Below, one piece after another: positions 25,438 to 38,924 of a stretch of DNA of 64,000 nt. Source of the stretch: Centroscyllium fabricii (taxonomy: Eukaryota); contig JBNRSN020000010.1 of the NCBI GenBank assembly GCA_051313645.2, positions 10,044,001 to 10,108,000 of the forward strand. Reading direction: 5' to 3'. Made by a program: the position numbers and the translations under genes. Position 1 is the first letter of the stretch; every line of letters begins with the position of its first letter. The notes beneath the pieces were generated by a model. It ran no database searches. It had not been told where the DNA came from and saw only the letters and a program-made list of their open reading frames with translations.

Positions 25438-28400
25438 AAAAGCCGAGAGCAGCGAGGCCCGAGGCCAGACCGGAGGCGGAACTTGGGAGCAGTGAGGAGT
25501 GGCTTTTAAAGCTGAGAGCAGCGAGGCCCGAGACCAGACGGGAGGTGGTCCTTGGGAGCAGCGAAGAGCGGCTTTAATAGCCGATAGCAGCGAGGCGTAC
25601 ACATTCAGCTCCCATTCAGCTGCGGGTGGGCAGGTAAGAAAGAATCCAATGGTGACGTAACCAGAAAGGAGGAAGTGATCGGCTAGTGAGTTTTTTTCTT
25701 GTTTTTCTCTCTAAATTCTTCTTTGTGGTTTCTAAAGATTAAGATTACTTAGGCAGATTAAGTAAAGTGGAAATGTTGAATATTTGTGATTCTGTTGGTT
25801 TAAGAAGGGTAAAACAACAGTAGGAGTTAATTCGCACAGCAGGCAGTGAAAACCAGTTCTGTACCAAGTCAGCAGGGGTGACTCATTTCCTGTGCTGTTG
25901 GTAAACTGGTGTAATCAGAGGGATTTATTGATCTAATTTACATCCAATTACATAAAGGGGAAACTGGAATCTGTTGGAAAAAAAGGGCCGTTTAATATTT
26001 CACTAACTGTAAAATAACTTGGTGGGAGTGATTTGATTGAGATAAATACAAGTAACTAAAGGAGAGTCATGGTGTATCAGGCTTGTGCCGTAGTATGCTC
26101 CTCCGGCGCGATCTGGGAGATCAGGGGCGCTTCCTGTGTCCCTGGCGACCAAGTGTGCAGGATGTGTGTCCAGCTGCAGCTTCCGATAAACCTCATTCTG
26201 GAGCTGGAGCTGCGATTGGATGCACACGTGAGCATTTGTGATGTCGAGCAGAATGTGAATAGCACGTATAGTATGTTCGTCACACCACAGGCAAACGATG
26301 CACAGGCGGAACGGAAATGTGTGACCATCAGGCAGAGTAATAACCACAGGCAGGAAGAGCAGAGGTCACCTGTGGCCATCAGGAACTCAGACATATACAC
26401 CACTTTGAGTACTGTTGGGGGATATGACATTCGAGGGGAAGGCACCAGCCAGGGTCATGGCACCATGTCTGGCTCTGCTACACAGAAGGGCGGGAAAAAG
26501 AGTGGCAGAGCTAAAGTGATAGGGGACTCAATTGTAAAGGGAATAGATAGGAGTTTCTGTGGCTGCAACCTAGACTCCAGGATCGTATGATTCCTCCCTG
26601 GTGCAAGGGTCAATGATGACTCGCAACGACTTCAGAACATTCTGGAGGGGTAGGGTGAACAGCCAGTCGTCCTGGTGCATGCACGTGCCTACGATATAGG
26701 TAAGAATCGGAAAGAGGTACTACATGCTGAATTTAGGAAGCTAGGAGCTATGTTAAAATGTAGGACCTCAAAGGTAGTAATCTCTGGCTTGCTGCCAGTG
26801 CCACGTGCTAATCATACTAGAGTCAGCAGCATAGCTAGATTAAACACGTGGCTTTAGCAGTGGTGCAAGAGGGATGGATTCAAATTCCTGAGGCATTGGA
26901 ACCAGTTCTGGGGGAAGTGGGACCTGTACAAAATGTTTGATCTGCACATAGGCAACACTGGGCCCGATTTCCTGGGGGTAACCATTGCTAATGCAGTTCG
27001 GGAGGTTTTAAACTAATATGGCAGGGGGATGGGAACCTAGGCAGTGAAACAGAGGGAAGTATTATTCAGACTGAAACAAATGGTAGAAGGAAGGGAAGCA
27101 ATAGTGGAAGGCCAAGTAAACAAGTTCAAGAAACACACAGGGCCACACTGAAGCATAAATCTAAAAGTACAATTGGTGCTAAAAAAAAAACAAGCCTGAA
27201 GTCTCTGTGTCTTAATGCAAGGTGTATCCGTAATAAGGTGGATAAATTAACTGTGCAAATAGATGTTAACGGATATGATGTGATTGGGATTACAGAGACT
27301 CCAGTAGCTCCAGAATGATCAGGGCTGGGAATTGAACATCCAGGGATATTCAAAAGTCAGGAAAGATAGAAAAAAAGGAAAAGGGGCTGGGGTAGAATTG
27401 CTGATTAAAAGGGTGATTAATGCAATAGCTAGGAAGGACATTAGCTTGGAGGAAGGGGAATCCACATGGGTGGAGCTGCAGAACACCAAAGGACAGAAAA
27501 CGTTAGTGGGAGTTGTGCACAGACGTCTGAACAGTAGTAGGGAGGTGGGGGGTATGTTACAAGAAATAAGGGTCGCATGCAATAATGGCACAGCAGTTAC
27601 CATGGCTAATGTTAATATGCATATAGATTGGGTAACTCAAACTGGAAGCAATATGGTAGAGGAGAATTTCCTGGAGTGCCTAAGGAATGGTTTCCAAGAC
27701 CAATATGTTCAGGAACCAACTAAAGGGGAGGCCATTCTGGACTGGGTGTTCTGTAATGAGGGAGGACTAATTAGCAAACTTCTGGTGAAGGCCCTTTGAG
27801 GAAGAGCGAGCTTAATATGGTGGAGTTCTACATTACGATGGAGAAGGAAAGAGTTAATTCAGAGACCATTGTCCAACACTTAAATAAAGGCAAATTTGAA
27901 GGCATGAGACGTGAATTAACTAGATTAGATTGGCAAACAATATTTAACGGGTTATCAGTGGATAGGCAATGGCAGACATTTAGAGATCTCATGGATAAAC
28001 TGCAACAATTGTACTTCAATATCTGGCGTAAAAATAAATAAAGGGAAGTTGTCTCAAACATGGCTATCAAGGCAAATCAGGGATAATATTAAAGCCAAGG
28101 AACTGGCATACAAATTGGCCAGAGGTAGCAACAAACCCGTGGACTGGGAGAAATGTAATACTCAGCAGTGGAGGACGAAGGGTTTGTTTAAGGCTGGGAA
28201 AATAAAATATGAAATAAAGCGTGCAGAGAACATTAGAACTGACTGCAAAAGCTTCTATAGGTATGTAAAGAGAAAGTGGCTCGTAAAAAACAAACGTAGG
28301 TACCGTGCAGTCAGAATCGTGGTAAGACATAATGGGGAAAAATAAATGGCAGAACAATTAAACAAGTACGTTGGCTCGGTATTTACTAATGAGGACAAAT

Positions 28401-29834
28401 ACAATCTTCTGGACATAAAAGAGGTCATAGGGCCTGGCAAACATAGAAGCTCAGGTAATTCATTATTCGGCGGGAAAATGTGCTGGGGAAATTAATCGGA
28501 CAGAAGGCTAATAAATCACGAAGGCCTGATGGTCTGCCTCCCAGAGCACTTAAAGAGGTGGCATTGGAAATAGTGGATGCATTGACGATCATTTCCGACC
28601 ATTACATACACTCTGGATCCGTTCCGATGGAGTGGAGTGTGGCTAATTTAACACCACGTTTGAAAAAGGTGGGAGGGAGAAAACATGGATTTACAGCCTG
28701 ACATTGGTAGTTGGCAAAATGTTGGAATCAATTATTAAGGATATCATAGCAGACCATTTGGAAAGTGGTGACATGATATGTCCAAGTCTGCATAGATTTG
28801 TGAAAAGGAAATCATGCCCAACAAATCTTCTGGAAATTTTTGAGCATGATTACAATAGAAAATTTCAAGGGAGAACCAGTGGACTTGGTGTACTGGGACT
28901 TTCCAAAGGCTTTCGCCAAGGTCCCACACAAGAGATTGGTGTGCAAATTTAAAGCACATGGGATTGGAGGTAATTCGTTCACGTGGATTGACAACTGGTT
29001 CGCACACAGGAAACAAAGAGTAGGAGTAAATGGACAGTTTTCAGAATGGCAGGCAGTGACCAGCGAGGTACTGCAGGGTTCGGTGCTGGTGCCCCAGCTG
29101 TTTAAATTATATATGAATGATTTGGACGACGGGATTAAATGTTGTATCTCCAAATTTGCGGATGACACTAAATTGGGTGGCAGTGTGAGCTGCGAGGAGG
29201 ATGCTAAGTGGCTACAGAATGAGTTGGACAGGATAGGTGAATGGGCAATTATATGGCAGATGAAGTACAATGTGGATACATGTGAGTTTATCCACTTTGG
29301 TGGTAAAAATGCAAAGACAGAGAATTATCTGAATGGTGAAAGATTAGGGAAAGGGGAGGTGCAAGGAGACCTGGGCGTCATGGTACATCAGTCACTGAAG
29401 TTGGAAATTCAGGTACAGAAGGCAGTTAAGAAAGCAAATGGCATGTTTGCCTTCATAGCGAGGGGATTTGATTACAGGAGTAGGGAAGGGTTGCTCCAGT
29501 TGTACAGGGCCTTGGTTAGGCCACACTTGGAGTATCGTATGAAGTTTCTGTCTCCTAACTTCAGGAAGGACATTCTTGCTATTGAGGAACTGCAGCAAAG
29601 TTTTTCTAGATTGATTCCCAGGATGGCCGGACTGACATATCAAGAAAGATTGGATCAACTGAACGTGTACTCTCTGTAGTTCCGAAGAATGTGGGGGATC
29701 TCATATAAACGTTTAAAAAACTGACGGGTTAGACAGGTAAGATGCAGGCAGAATGTACTAATTGTTGGGGAAGTCCAGAACCAGGTGGCACAGTCTAAAG
29801 ATAAGGGGTAGGCAATTTAGGACCTAGATGAGGA
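25438..29834 (+). mobile_element. CR1 LINE copy 2, near full length
   Basis: As copy 1, but continues through the RT C-terminus (DLGVMVH, LYRALVRPHLEY, YQERL) until interrupted by a SINE. Confidence 0.92.
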
Positions 29835-30227
29835 GGGCGGCACGGTGGCACAGTGGTTAGCATTGTTGCCGCACAGCACTGGAGACCCGGGTTCAAATCC
29901 AGCCTCGGGTACTATCTGTGTGGAGTTTGCACATTCTCCCTGTGTCTGCGTGGTATTACTCCAGGTGCTCCGGTTTCATCCCACAGTCCAAAGATGTGCG
30001 GGTTAGGTTGATTGGCCATGATAAATTGACCCTTAGTGTTAGGGGGATTGAATATGTGGGGTTACGGGGATAGGGTGCGATAGGTGTTGATGCAGGCTCG
30101 ATAGGGATCGAGGGATATGGGGAGAGGGTAGGGGCGGGATACTGGGTTTGGATGATCAGCCATGATCTCATTGAATGGCGGAGCAGGCTCGAAGGGACGA
30201 ATGGCCTTCTCCTGCTCCTAGTTTCTA
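29835..30227 (+). mobile_element. tRNA-derived V-SINE (HE1-like) with a CR1-derived 3' tail
   Basis: A box TGGCACAGTGG, B box GGTTCAAATCC, V-domain-like TGTGTGGAGTTTGCACATTCTCCC...CTCCGGTTTC...TGATTGGCC, and tail GATCAGCCATGATC...GAATGGCC. Confidence 0.85.
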
Positions 30228-30799
30228 ACCTTCTTCACCCAGATAAATCCCCAGGGCCTGATGGTCTGCATCCCAGAGTACATAAAGAGGTGACCTTGGA
30301 AATAGTGGTTGCATTAACGATCATTTTCGAACATCCCATACACTATGGATCAGTTCCGATGGACTGGAGGGTGGCTAATGTAACCCCACTTTTTTCAAAA
30401 GTTGGGAGGGAGAAAACATGGAATTACAGACCCGTCAGCCTGACATCGGCAGCTGGCAAAATGATGGAATCAATTATTAAGGATGTCATACCAGACCATT
30501 TGGAAAGTGGTGACATGATAGTTACAAATGTGCATGGATTTGCGAAAAGGAAATCATGCCCCACAAATCTTCTGGAACTTTTTGAGCATATTTCCAGTTG
30601 AATAGTTCAAGGGAGAACCAGTGGATGTGGTGGATGTGGTGTATCTGGACTTTCAGAAGGCTTTCGCCAAGGTCCCACACAAGAGATTGGTGTGAAAGGT
30701 TAAAGCACATGAGATTGGAGGTAATGTTTTGACGTGGATTGAGAACTGGTTGGCACACAGGAAACAAAGAGTAGGAGTAAATGGGCAGTTTTCAGAATT
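30228..30799 (+). mobile_element. Additional CR1 RT fragment
   Basis: DKSPGPDGLHPRV...DWRVANVTPLF...NYRPVSLTS...HGF; a diverged repeat of the region at 28510-29050. Confidence 0.85.
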
Positions 30800-33700
30800 G
30801 TCACAGTGCTATCCCTACACTGACAAAGGATGATAACGTGTCTCACAGTCCCAGTTTTACACCTACTATTACACTTGATTTGACTTTGCCATTGCTATCC
30901 AATTGTTAACCCGACACTGACACTAGATGTGACCTTGCTCTCCTGTCCCTGTGCTACACCTACACGGAAACAAGTTGTGAAAGTACCCGAACTTTCCCAG
31001 CGCTACCCTTGGATTTACACTAGATAAAACGATGCCTCTCCTGTCCGTGTGCTACACATACACTTACACTTGATGTGAGCTTGCCGCTCATTTCCCAGTT
31101 TTACCCCAAAACTCAAACTAGTTGTGACCTGTACCCCTAATTTCCAGTGTTAAAGCTACACTAACAATAGATGAGACTGTACAATTGCTACTCTTAAACA
31201 CTTACACTAGATATAACCATGCAAGTCCCGTTTAGTGCTACCCATATGCAGACACGAAATATGACAGTGCCCCTCCTGCCCCAGTGTTATACCTACACTT
31301 ACAGTAGATGAGGCCGTGCCTCGCCTGTCCCACTGTGTACAGTACAGTTGCAATTGACGTGCTGGTGCCCCTCCCGTCCCTGTGCTGTTGGTACACATAA
31401 TCTAGATGTGACGGTAACCCTCCTGTCCCAGTGCTACCCTTACATGTACACGTGATATGACCGTTTTCGCCTGTCCCAGTGGCACTCCTACCCTTGCACT
31501 AGATGTGAGCGTACCTTTCCTGCGCGAGTTTCCCCTACACTGAAACAAGATTAGACCGTACCACTCCTGCCCCAGTGTTACCCATGCAGCAATACTAGAT
31601 CTGACTGTAAACTTCCTGTCCAAATTCTAACCCGTCATTTACATTAGATGTCACCGTGTTTCTACTGTCCTTTTATTACCCATCCTGTGCCAGTGATAAC
31701 CCAACATTTACACTAGATGTCAGCGAGGCCCTCCAGTGCCAAGGCCCTCTTGTCCCAGCGTTATCCCATAACTTACACTAGATGTTACCGTGCCCCACCT
31801 GTCCCAGCACTACACCTGCCTTTACATTTGATGTGACCGAGTGCCCCCTCTCCCAGTGCGACATCCACACTGATACTAGATTTGACCCTGCCCCCCTGTC
31901 GCAGTGCTGCCCCTACAAACATACTACATGTGAATGTGCCACTCCTGTCCATGTGCTACCCCTTACACTGAGACTAGAATTGACAGTGCACCAGCTGTCC
32001 CCGTAATATATCGACATTTACACTCGATGTGATTTTACCCATCCTGTCCATGTGTTACCCTACAATCACACAAGATGTGACCGTGCCCCCCTCTCCCAGC
32101 ATGTCCCCTAGACTGACACAAGATGTGAATGAGCCCTTAATGCCCCAGAGCTAGCCAAACATTTACAGCAGATGTGAACGAGGTCTTCCAGTTCCAGGGC
32201 TATCGAGACACATTCACAACATGTGACATTGCCCCTCCTGTCCCAACGTTCCCCTAAACTTACACTAGATGTTACCATGCCCTCCCTTTCCAGTGCTACG
32301 CCTAAATTTACACTTGATTTGACCGATGCCCTCCTCTCCCAGTGCGACAACTACACTGCTACTAGTTTTGACCATATCCCTCCAATCGAAGTGCTGCCCG
32401 TACAATTACCCTACATTTGAACGTGCCACTCCTGTCCCTGTGCTACCGCTACATGTACACTCTATGTGACGGTGCACCTACTCTCCCCATGATACATCTA
32501 CATTTACGCTAGATGTGATGGTACGCATCCTGTGCATGTGTTATCCCTACAATGTCACAAGATGTGACCATGCCCGTCCTGCCCCAGTGTTTCCCCTGCA
32601 CTGACACGAGATGTAACTGTGCCCCTCCTGTCCCAGTGGGTTACCTACACTGACATGAGATGTGACCGTGCCCATCCTATCTCTGTGCTGCCAGTAAATT
32701 CGCAAAAGATATGACTGTGCCCCTCCTGTCCCAGTGTTTCCCCTCACTTGCATTATATTTAACAGTGTCCCTCCTGTCCCTGTGCTGCCTTAATACTTGC
32801 TTTAGTTGTGACCATATCGCTCCTGTCGAAGTGCACAGACAACAAATGTGATGCTGCCCCTCCTGTACAGGTATGTATTAACGCTACATTTTCACTAGAT
32901 GTCACCGTACCAAGTTTGTCCCAGTGTTACGAATCCACTGACAATAGATATGACCGTTCTCCACCTGTCGCATTGTTAGTCCTACACTTACACGAGATGC
33001 AACTCTGCCTCTCCTTACCCAGTGTTACTTCCGCTATTAAACTAGAAATGAGCGGGCTTCCCGTGTCCCAGTACTATGCCGAAATTTAGACTAGATGTGA
33101 ACGAGGCCCGCCTGTTCCGACGCAGCCAATACACTGAAACGTAATGTGACAGTGCACCTCTTTTCTCTGTGTTACCCCTACATTTACACTAGATCTTTCC
33201 TTATCTCTCCTGTCCGTTTTACCCCTACTATTACTCCAGATGTGACTGTGCCCCGCCTGTCCCAGGGTTACCCATACACTGTCACGTGTTGTGATATTGA
33301 CCCTCCTGCTCTAGCTACCCCTACACTGAAACTAGATGAGATGGTACCTCTCCTTGTCCAGCGCTTGCCCTATAATGATACTAAATGTGTCCACGCCACT
33401 CCTGTCCCATTGTTACTCTTATTATTACAATAGATGTGACTGCGCCCCTGCTGCCCCAGTGTTACCCATGCACTCTCAGTAGATGTGATATTGACCCTCC
33501 TGTCCCAGCTTCCCCTGCACTGAAACTAGATGTGATGGTACCTCTCCTGTGCCAGCACTTCCCCATAATTGATACAAAATCTGCCCCTACCCCTCCCGTC
33601 CCAGTGCTACGCATACCCATACACTATATATGTCAGTGCCCTCCGGCCTCTCTGTTGTCCTATACTTTAACATATGTACCCCTCCTGTCCCAGTGTTCCC

Positions 33701-34880
33701 TCTACACTGACACTACAATTTGACAGTGCCCGCACTGTCCCTGTGTTACACCTACATTTGCACTAGAAGTGATCAAGGCCCTCAAATCCCAGCGCTGCCA
33801 TACACTGAAACGAAATATGACAGAGCCCCACCTGTCCCTGTGTTACCCCTAAAATGACACTGTTTGTGACCGTGTCACTCCTATCCCACTTTTATCCCTA
33901 CTATTACACTAGATGTGACCTTGCCCCTCCTGTCCAAGTGCTATCCCTAAACTGCAACTAGGTGTGAAGCTACCACTACTGTACCAGCGCTTCCCCTTAC
34001 CTTAAACTAGATTTGTCCGTGACCCCCCTGTCCCAATGCTTCCTCAACACTAACACTAAATTTCACCTTATGCCTCCTGTCCCAGCTTTACACAGACACT
34101 GCCATGAAATGTGACAGTAGCACTCCTGTCCGAGGGTTACCTCGAAACTGACACTAGATGAGACACACATTTCCCACTTTTACCCCTACACTTACACAAT
34201 ATTTGACCGTACCCCACCTGTAAAAGTGTTACCTTTGCACTTACACAAAATGTGACCTAGCCCCTCCTGTCACAGTGTTACCACTCGCACCAGTGTTAAC
34301 GCTACACTTACATTAGATATGGCCATGCCTCTCATGTCCCAGTAATGCTAATACGCTTACATTGTATGTGACCATAACACTCAAGTCCCAGTGATACTGC
34401 TACACTACCACTAGAGGTGAGAGTGCGCCAACATTCCCAGTTTTCCCTCGACTCTGAATCTAGATGGGACGTTTCCCTCCTGATACAGCGTTCACCGTAC
34501 ACTGACATTGGATTTGCCCATGCCCCTACTTTACCAGTGCTTCTCCTAAACTGTCACTATATGTGATCGTGCCCCTACTGTCCCAGTGCTACCCCTAAAC
34601 TTACATTAGCTCTGACCGTGCCCCCTGCCGTAGTGTTACCACTACATTTACGTTACATGGAAGCATACCCTCAAGTCCCAGTGTTTATTCTAGAATGACA
34701 CTAAATGTGACCGTGCCCCTCCTGTTCCAGATTTAACAATCCACTGACACTAGATGTGACCGTGCCCTTCTTGTCCCAGTGATATCCCTACAATGACACT
34801 AGATGTGAGATTTCCCCTCCTGTCCCAGTGTTACCCCATAACTAACACTATATGTGAATGTGCCCCTCCTGTCCCATTGT
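30800..34880 (+). repeat. 49-bp satellite, distal segment of array 1
   Basis: The period is directly visible: TAGATGTGA-like motifs at 34751, 34800 and 34849. Confidence 0.92.
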
Positions 34881-35099
34881 GTCTGTGTTCCATTGCTGAC
34901 TGACATCACATGAGCTTCACCAGCACTCTGAGGTTGCGCCTTGCTCTGTGGGCTTTGTGGAATAATAAAGGTGTGAAGCACCTGATTAACCCCTCCAATC
35001 TCCTCCACGGGCGATAAGAGCCAATGTTTAAGTCGGATGTGATAATTAACACCAGGTGCTAAACATTCCACATGGCTGATAATCGCGCCTCAAATCTTC

Positions 35100-35200
35100 T
35101 TGTATTCTCTGGCAGTCCCTCGCAACTGAAGATGCCATGCTTCCACATTAAAAATGAGTTTGCACCTGACTGATGTGTCCAATGTCGGACCTGCTGTCTC
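35100..35200 (-). mobile_element. RTE-type LINE 3' end fragment
   Basis: Minus strand RDSRSDIGHISQVQTH resembles the RTE C-terminal motif CxSRIGLxSHxRTH, followed by a 3'UTR-like GAGGGACTGCC. Confidence 0.5.
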
Positions 35201-36149
35201 TATTCCTTTTAATTATACTTTGTAAATTGGTCCTAAAGATACAGTAACTGACCTGATTAGTGCTTGTGACGAATGGAGTTTTAATTACTGGCACTAATAC
35301 TGGTAAATGTCGAATCGTTTATTATCCAAGATCTCACATGTGGATTCTTACGCATTCACAATCTAGTACAGTCAGGAAATTGCAGATAAAATAATTAATT
35401 TGTAGCGTTCTGTCGTCGATGTTTGTGTCCTTGTTGCTACTGACAAATGAGAAGAATATATTTGAAAGCTTGGCTACTAACCGAAATGTCAGGACCATGC
35501 AGGTGGAGACCAAATCAAACACCTCCACACCCAGATAGCCAGAAACGTCAGAAATTGGCCAATATCAGTGCATCAACTTGCGATGTCACTGTGTTAACAG
35601 AAGTGAGGGGCTGCACGGAAGCAACCAGCAAGTGATTTGCATGATGCAGATGCCTGAAGAACGGCTCCATGACATGACCAATCAAGCTAACATCACGAGG
35701 ACATGAATTTGTAAATTTGGCTCTAGATAATGATAATTTATTTTAAATAATTTGACACAGCTTTTCCGATAGCAGGCCTCTGGCGGGCGGAGGACTTTTA
35801 TCTGGAAATATCTGCGCCCTTAACCGAGTGCTTCCGCTCCTGGGCCTAACCAAACTCTAAGTGCGCAGGGCCCATGTATCCCAGGGTGCATGCAGTTCGC
35901 TGCGTCCCTGGGACCACGTGGATACGGCGATGCAATCACAGAAGCGAATCTCCCTTCATACATTTGACAGATAGACCTGTCAAATACACGAATGGAGCTC
36001 AACGAAAAATGCGAGTGAAAGTTTAAATATTTTTCTAAATTACATTTTTTAAATAACTTTAAATCTCAACAAAGTATAAAAAAATGTTTTTTGAAAAAAT
36101 ATTTAATGATTTTTATGGGGCTAAAAATAAACTTACCTGTTTCGACAAA

Positions 36150-36240
36150 GTGTTCCGAAACGAAACGTTGACTCTATTTCTCTCTTCCGGATCTTGTCTG
36201 GCCTGCTGATTTTTTCCAGAATTTTCGGTTGTTCTTTCTA
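36150..36240 (+). mobile_element. Penelope pLTR fragment
   Basis: GAAACGTTGACTCT...CTGGCCTGCTGA...CCAG, similar to 57660-57735. Confidence 0.55.
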
Positions 36241-37329
36241 TTTAATAAATTATTTTGAAATGATAAGTCAGTGAAAACATTTATTTTTAGTTTTTTGTTC
36301 TTATCCTTATGAAAGTTGACCTTACGTTTGCTTTTACCATGTTTAAGAATTGCAAGGGCAACCTGCGGCGGAGGGTCTCCTAAAAGCCGAACTATCCACC
36401 CCCAGAGGCCCTTCTCCAGTGCAGCTGGGGGATAATTTAATAGCATTCTTCAGAGTGGGAATATCGGTTTTCAGGGCATGCCTGGATGAAACCAGCATTG
36501 CCGCTGTCCCTGCAGATGGGTTCACAACACGTACCCACCCACAGGTTCGGATAATCTGGACAAATAGGTGGAGATCTGTGATATAGAATAGGTCGAGAAA
36601 AAGATATGATGCTGATGTGATGTACTTTGTTGATGGCCCTGTGTAATATAATCGCAGAGAGGGGCATTGTAAGGAACGGATTAATCAGATTCTCCTGAAG
36701 TCTGCTAATGTTATATTGCATTGGTTTCGCTTTATAATTTAGCAATGTTAACCTTCAACCTTTGACCAGTTAAGCAGGAAATCACAAGATTTTTTAAAGT
36801 ACCGCTGAGAACATTAATCATTTGATAACTTGTGGCAAGTTTATGTACTGCGAGGAAATATCTGGACATATATTTTCATTTTTAATTGACATCAATGATA
36901 CTGAAATAAAGCATGACTTTTCACGAAAGGTTGCACTTGGTATAACTGCAATTATATGGATCAAGAGCGAAACTATTGATCAGATAATGAACTAAGGTTA
37001 TAATATGCTTTAGCCCAACAGAAAAAAACAGCTTATTCAGTAAAGAAAACTTGTTATTGATAAAGCCTAAGTAAATTGTTTGAATTTCCCCATAGATCCC
37101 AGGCTATGCATATCCGGTTGGCAGGCTGATTCTGGTGAAGTGATTGTGAATTGCGTGTGGTATTTTTTTAATAGGGATAATCATATTAAACTGATTTCAG
37201 ATACAAACAGCATTTGAGCCAGGAGTATGGCACATGTTATAATTCTCTTATCAGCGATGTATCTGCATCCATCGACAATCACGAGATGGCCATGAGTAAT
37301 AAACCACATCATCTAATGTCAACATAGAA

Positions 37330-37830
37330 AACAGAAATCACTGGCATAAACCAGTTAGCCATTACATAACTGTGTCAAATTAAGTCCCGTATTGCTGTGA
37401 TTCCACACGCCTTGTTCCTAATTAAGTAATTTTGTGTTACCTTGAGATTTTCCATCACTAATTAAACAGTTACTGTGTTTCCAGGACATTCCATGCCGAC
37501 TATTTATTATGAAGCAGGAACCGTGTTCCCCTGTCACCAACTTATATTGACATATTTACTAAGCTTCATGGGCCACTAAACCTGTACTCCCAGTTCCCCC
37601 TGTTCCCGATATCTAATTAAGTAATTCATCTACTCACAAATCTCGCTATTTCTAAATAAATGGTTACTGGTTTCTACTAACGTAACATGTATTCTATTTT
37701 TAAAAAACTGTTACTGTGTTCCCCTAAATGTCCCAATCGTCTATTTGTAATGAAACAGTTGATGTATTCCTCTGAATTCAACAGAATTGATTTGTAATTA
37801 AACAGCTACTGTATTACCGTCAATTCCCCG
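37330..37830 (+). repeat. Highly decayed AT-rich tandem repeat
   Basis: AATTAAACAGTTACTGTGTTCC-like motif recurs at about 37460, 37510, 37700, 37750 and 37796. Confidence 0.45.
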
Positions 37831-37949
37831 ATGTTCTCCCTTTCCCCTTGTGTCATTAGTGATCTTATGCTGTTCAAGTGATACTCACGACACTATTACC
37901 CCTGAATCCCATAAAATGACTGACTACTCAACCTCATGTTCCTAGACCT

Positions 37950-38924
37950 CATGCTTGCTGAAACAACGAACGGTTATCTCTGCTTTGGCACTGTTCATCT
38001 CCGTTTAATATCTGCCGTCCATACGCACCTCCTAAAACATGAAGCTTGCCACTTCTAACTTTGCAAACTATCAACCCATCTCCAACCTCCTACTCCCCTC
38101 CAAAAGCCTTCAATGTACTGTTGGCTCACAAATCCGTGATCATCTTACCAAAACTCCATCTTTTAATCTCTCCGATCCGTTTTCTGCATTTTAATTCGCA
38201 CTAAAACGATCTTTAGCAAAGTCACAAACGACATCATTTGTGAATGTGCTCCTGGTAAAATATCCTGTCTCATTCTTCCTGTCTATGATAAGGTTGACCT
38301 CACCATGGTCCCAAAGTCTCTCCTCCATTTCCTGTTTTCACCTGGTTCCACATTTACCTATGCAGTCAATACTAGAGAATAGCCTGCATTGCATTTAGTT
38401 ATGCGCTCTTGTACAGTTACCTCTGATGATCCCCAAAGTTTATACTCTTTCATCCTCCGATTCGTCATCTACATGTTGCCTCTTGTGACCTGATACCGGA
38501 ACAAAACGTCACATTCCACATGCTGCCGATATGCACTCGTACCCTACACTGTCTCTGTGTTGTCAACCACTTGTCTGACCTGCAGTCGTGGGTGAGCCTT
38601 CAACATAATGTTATGCAGACTGAATCAATTGTCGTTTTTCCCAGCAACACATTCAATTTAGCTCCATAGATAATGTCTCATGCTGAAGCAGCGGGATCCG
38701 AATCTTGTCCCCCCAGCTCAGCTGCTGACCCCATATATACACAACTTCAATGAGTGTAAAATCTGCCAGCTCCACCCCTTCGGCTGACAGAACGTTCCAT
38801 GATTTTCCACCTCCAGAGTTGCCTATCCAATACCATTCTGCCCAGTAACACATCTCCCTCCCTCTGTAAATTTAAGCTTACACAAAACTCAGCTGCCCAT
38901 AAACTAACACGCGCCATGTCCAAT
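37950..38924 (+). mobile_element. Ancient L2 LINE RT remnant, continuing at about 43089-43530 after nested insertions
   Basis: ANYQPISNL...KVTNDII matches L2 NYRPISNL...KVTNDIL. QNSAA-like sequence precedes the LTR insertion, and a 3' tail-like sequence lies at about 43480-43525. Confidence 0.7.

Larger units (their letters stand above)
7357..29328 (+). repeat. Recent ~10.99-kb tandem duplication (7357-18345 and 18343-29328)
   Basis: Near-identical ORFs recur at an offset of about 10981-10988. The junction at 18343-18345 (TAT microhomology) fuses CR1 RT to satellite. Confidence 0.93.

Noticed and set aside
29835-29910. tRNA gene
   Set aside because: The A and B boxes belong to a SINE head that continues into a V-domain; no proper cloverleaf is evident.
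6474-33723. Many Cys/Pro/Thr-rich ORFs (LLSQCYPYT...)
   Set aside because: These are translations of the satellite. The period of 49 is not a multiple of 3, and stops are frequent.
5540-34880. CRISPR-like array (regularly spaced conserved motifs)
   Set aside because: The whole 49-bp unit repeats with diffuse divergence. There are no unique spacers or cas genes, and the context is vertebrate.
5830-34880. V(D)J RSS-like heptamers (CCCAGTG/CACAGTG followed by CTAC) in the satellite
   Set aside because: The consensus lacks the essential CAC, no ACAAAAACC nonamer lies at 12 or 23 bp, and there are no Ig or TCR segments.
35760-36430. Another MITE-like element (GC-rich arms, AT-rich core, AACTTACC)
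   Set aside because: I could not identify TIRs or a TSD, so boundaries cannot be supported.
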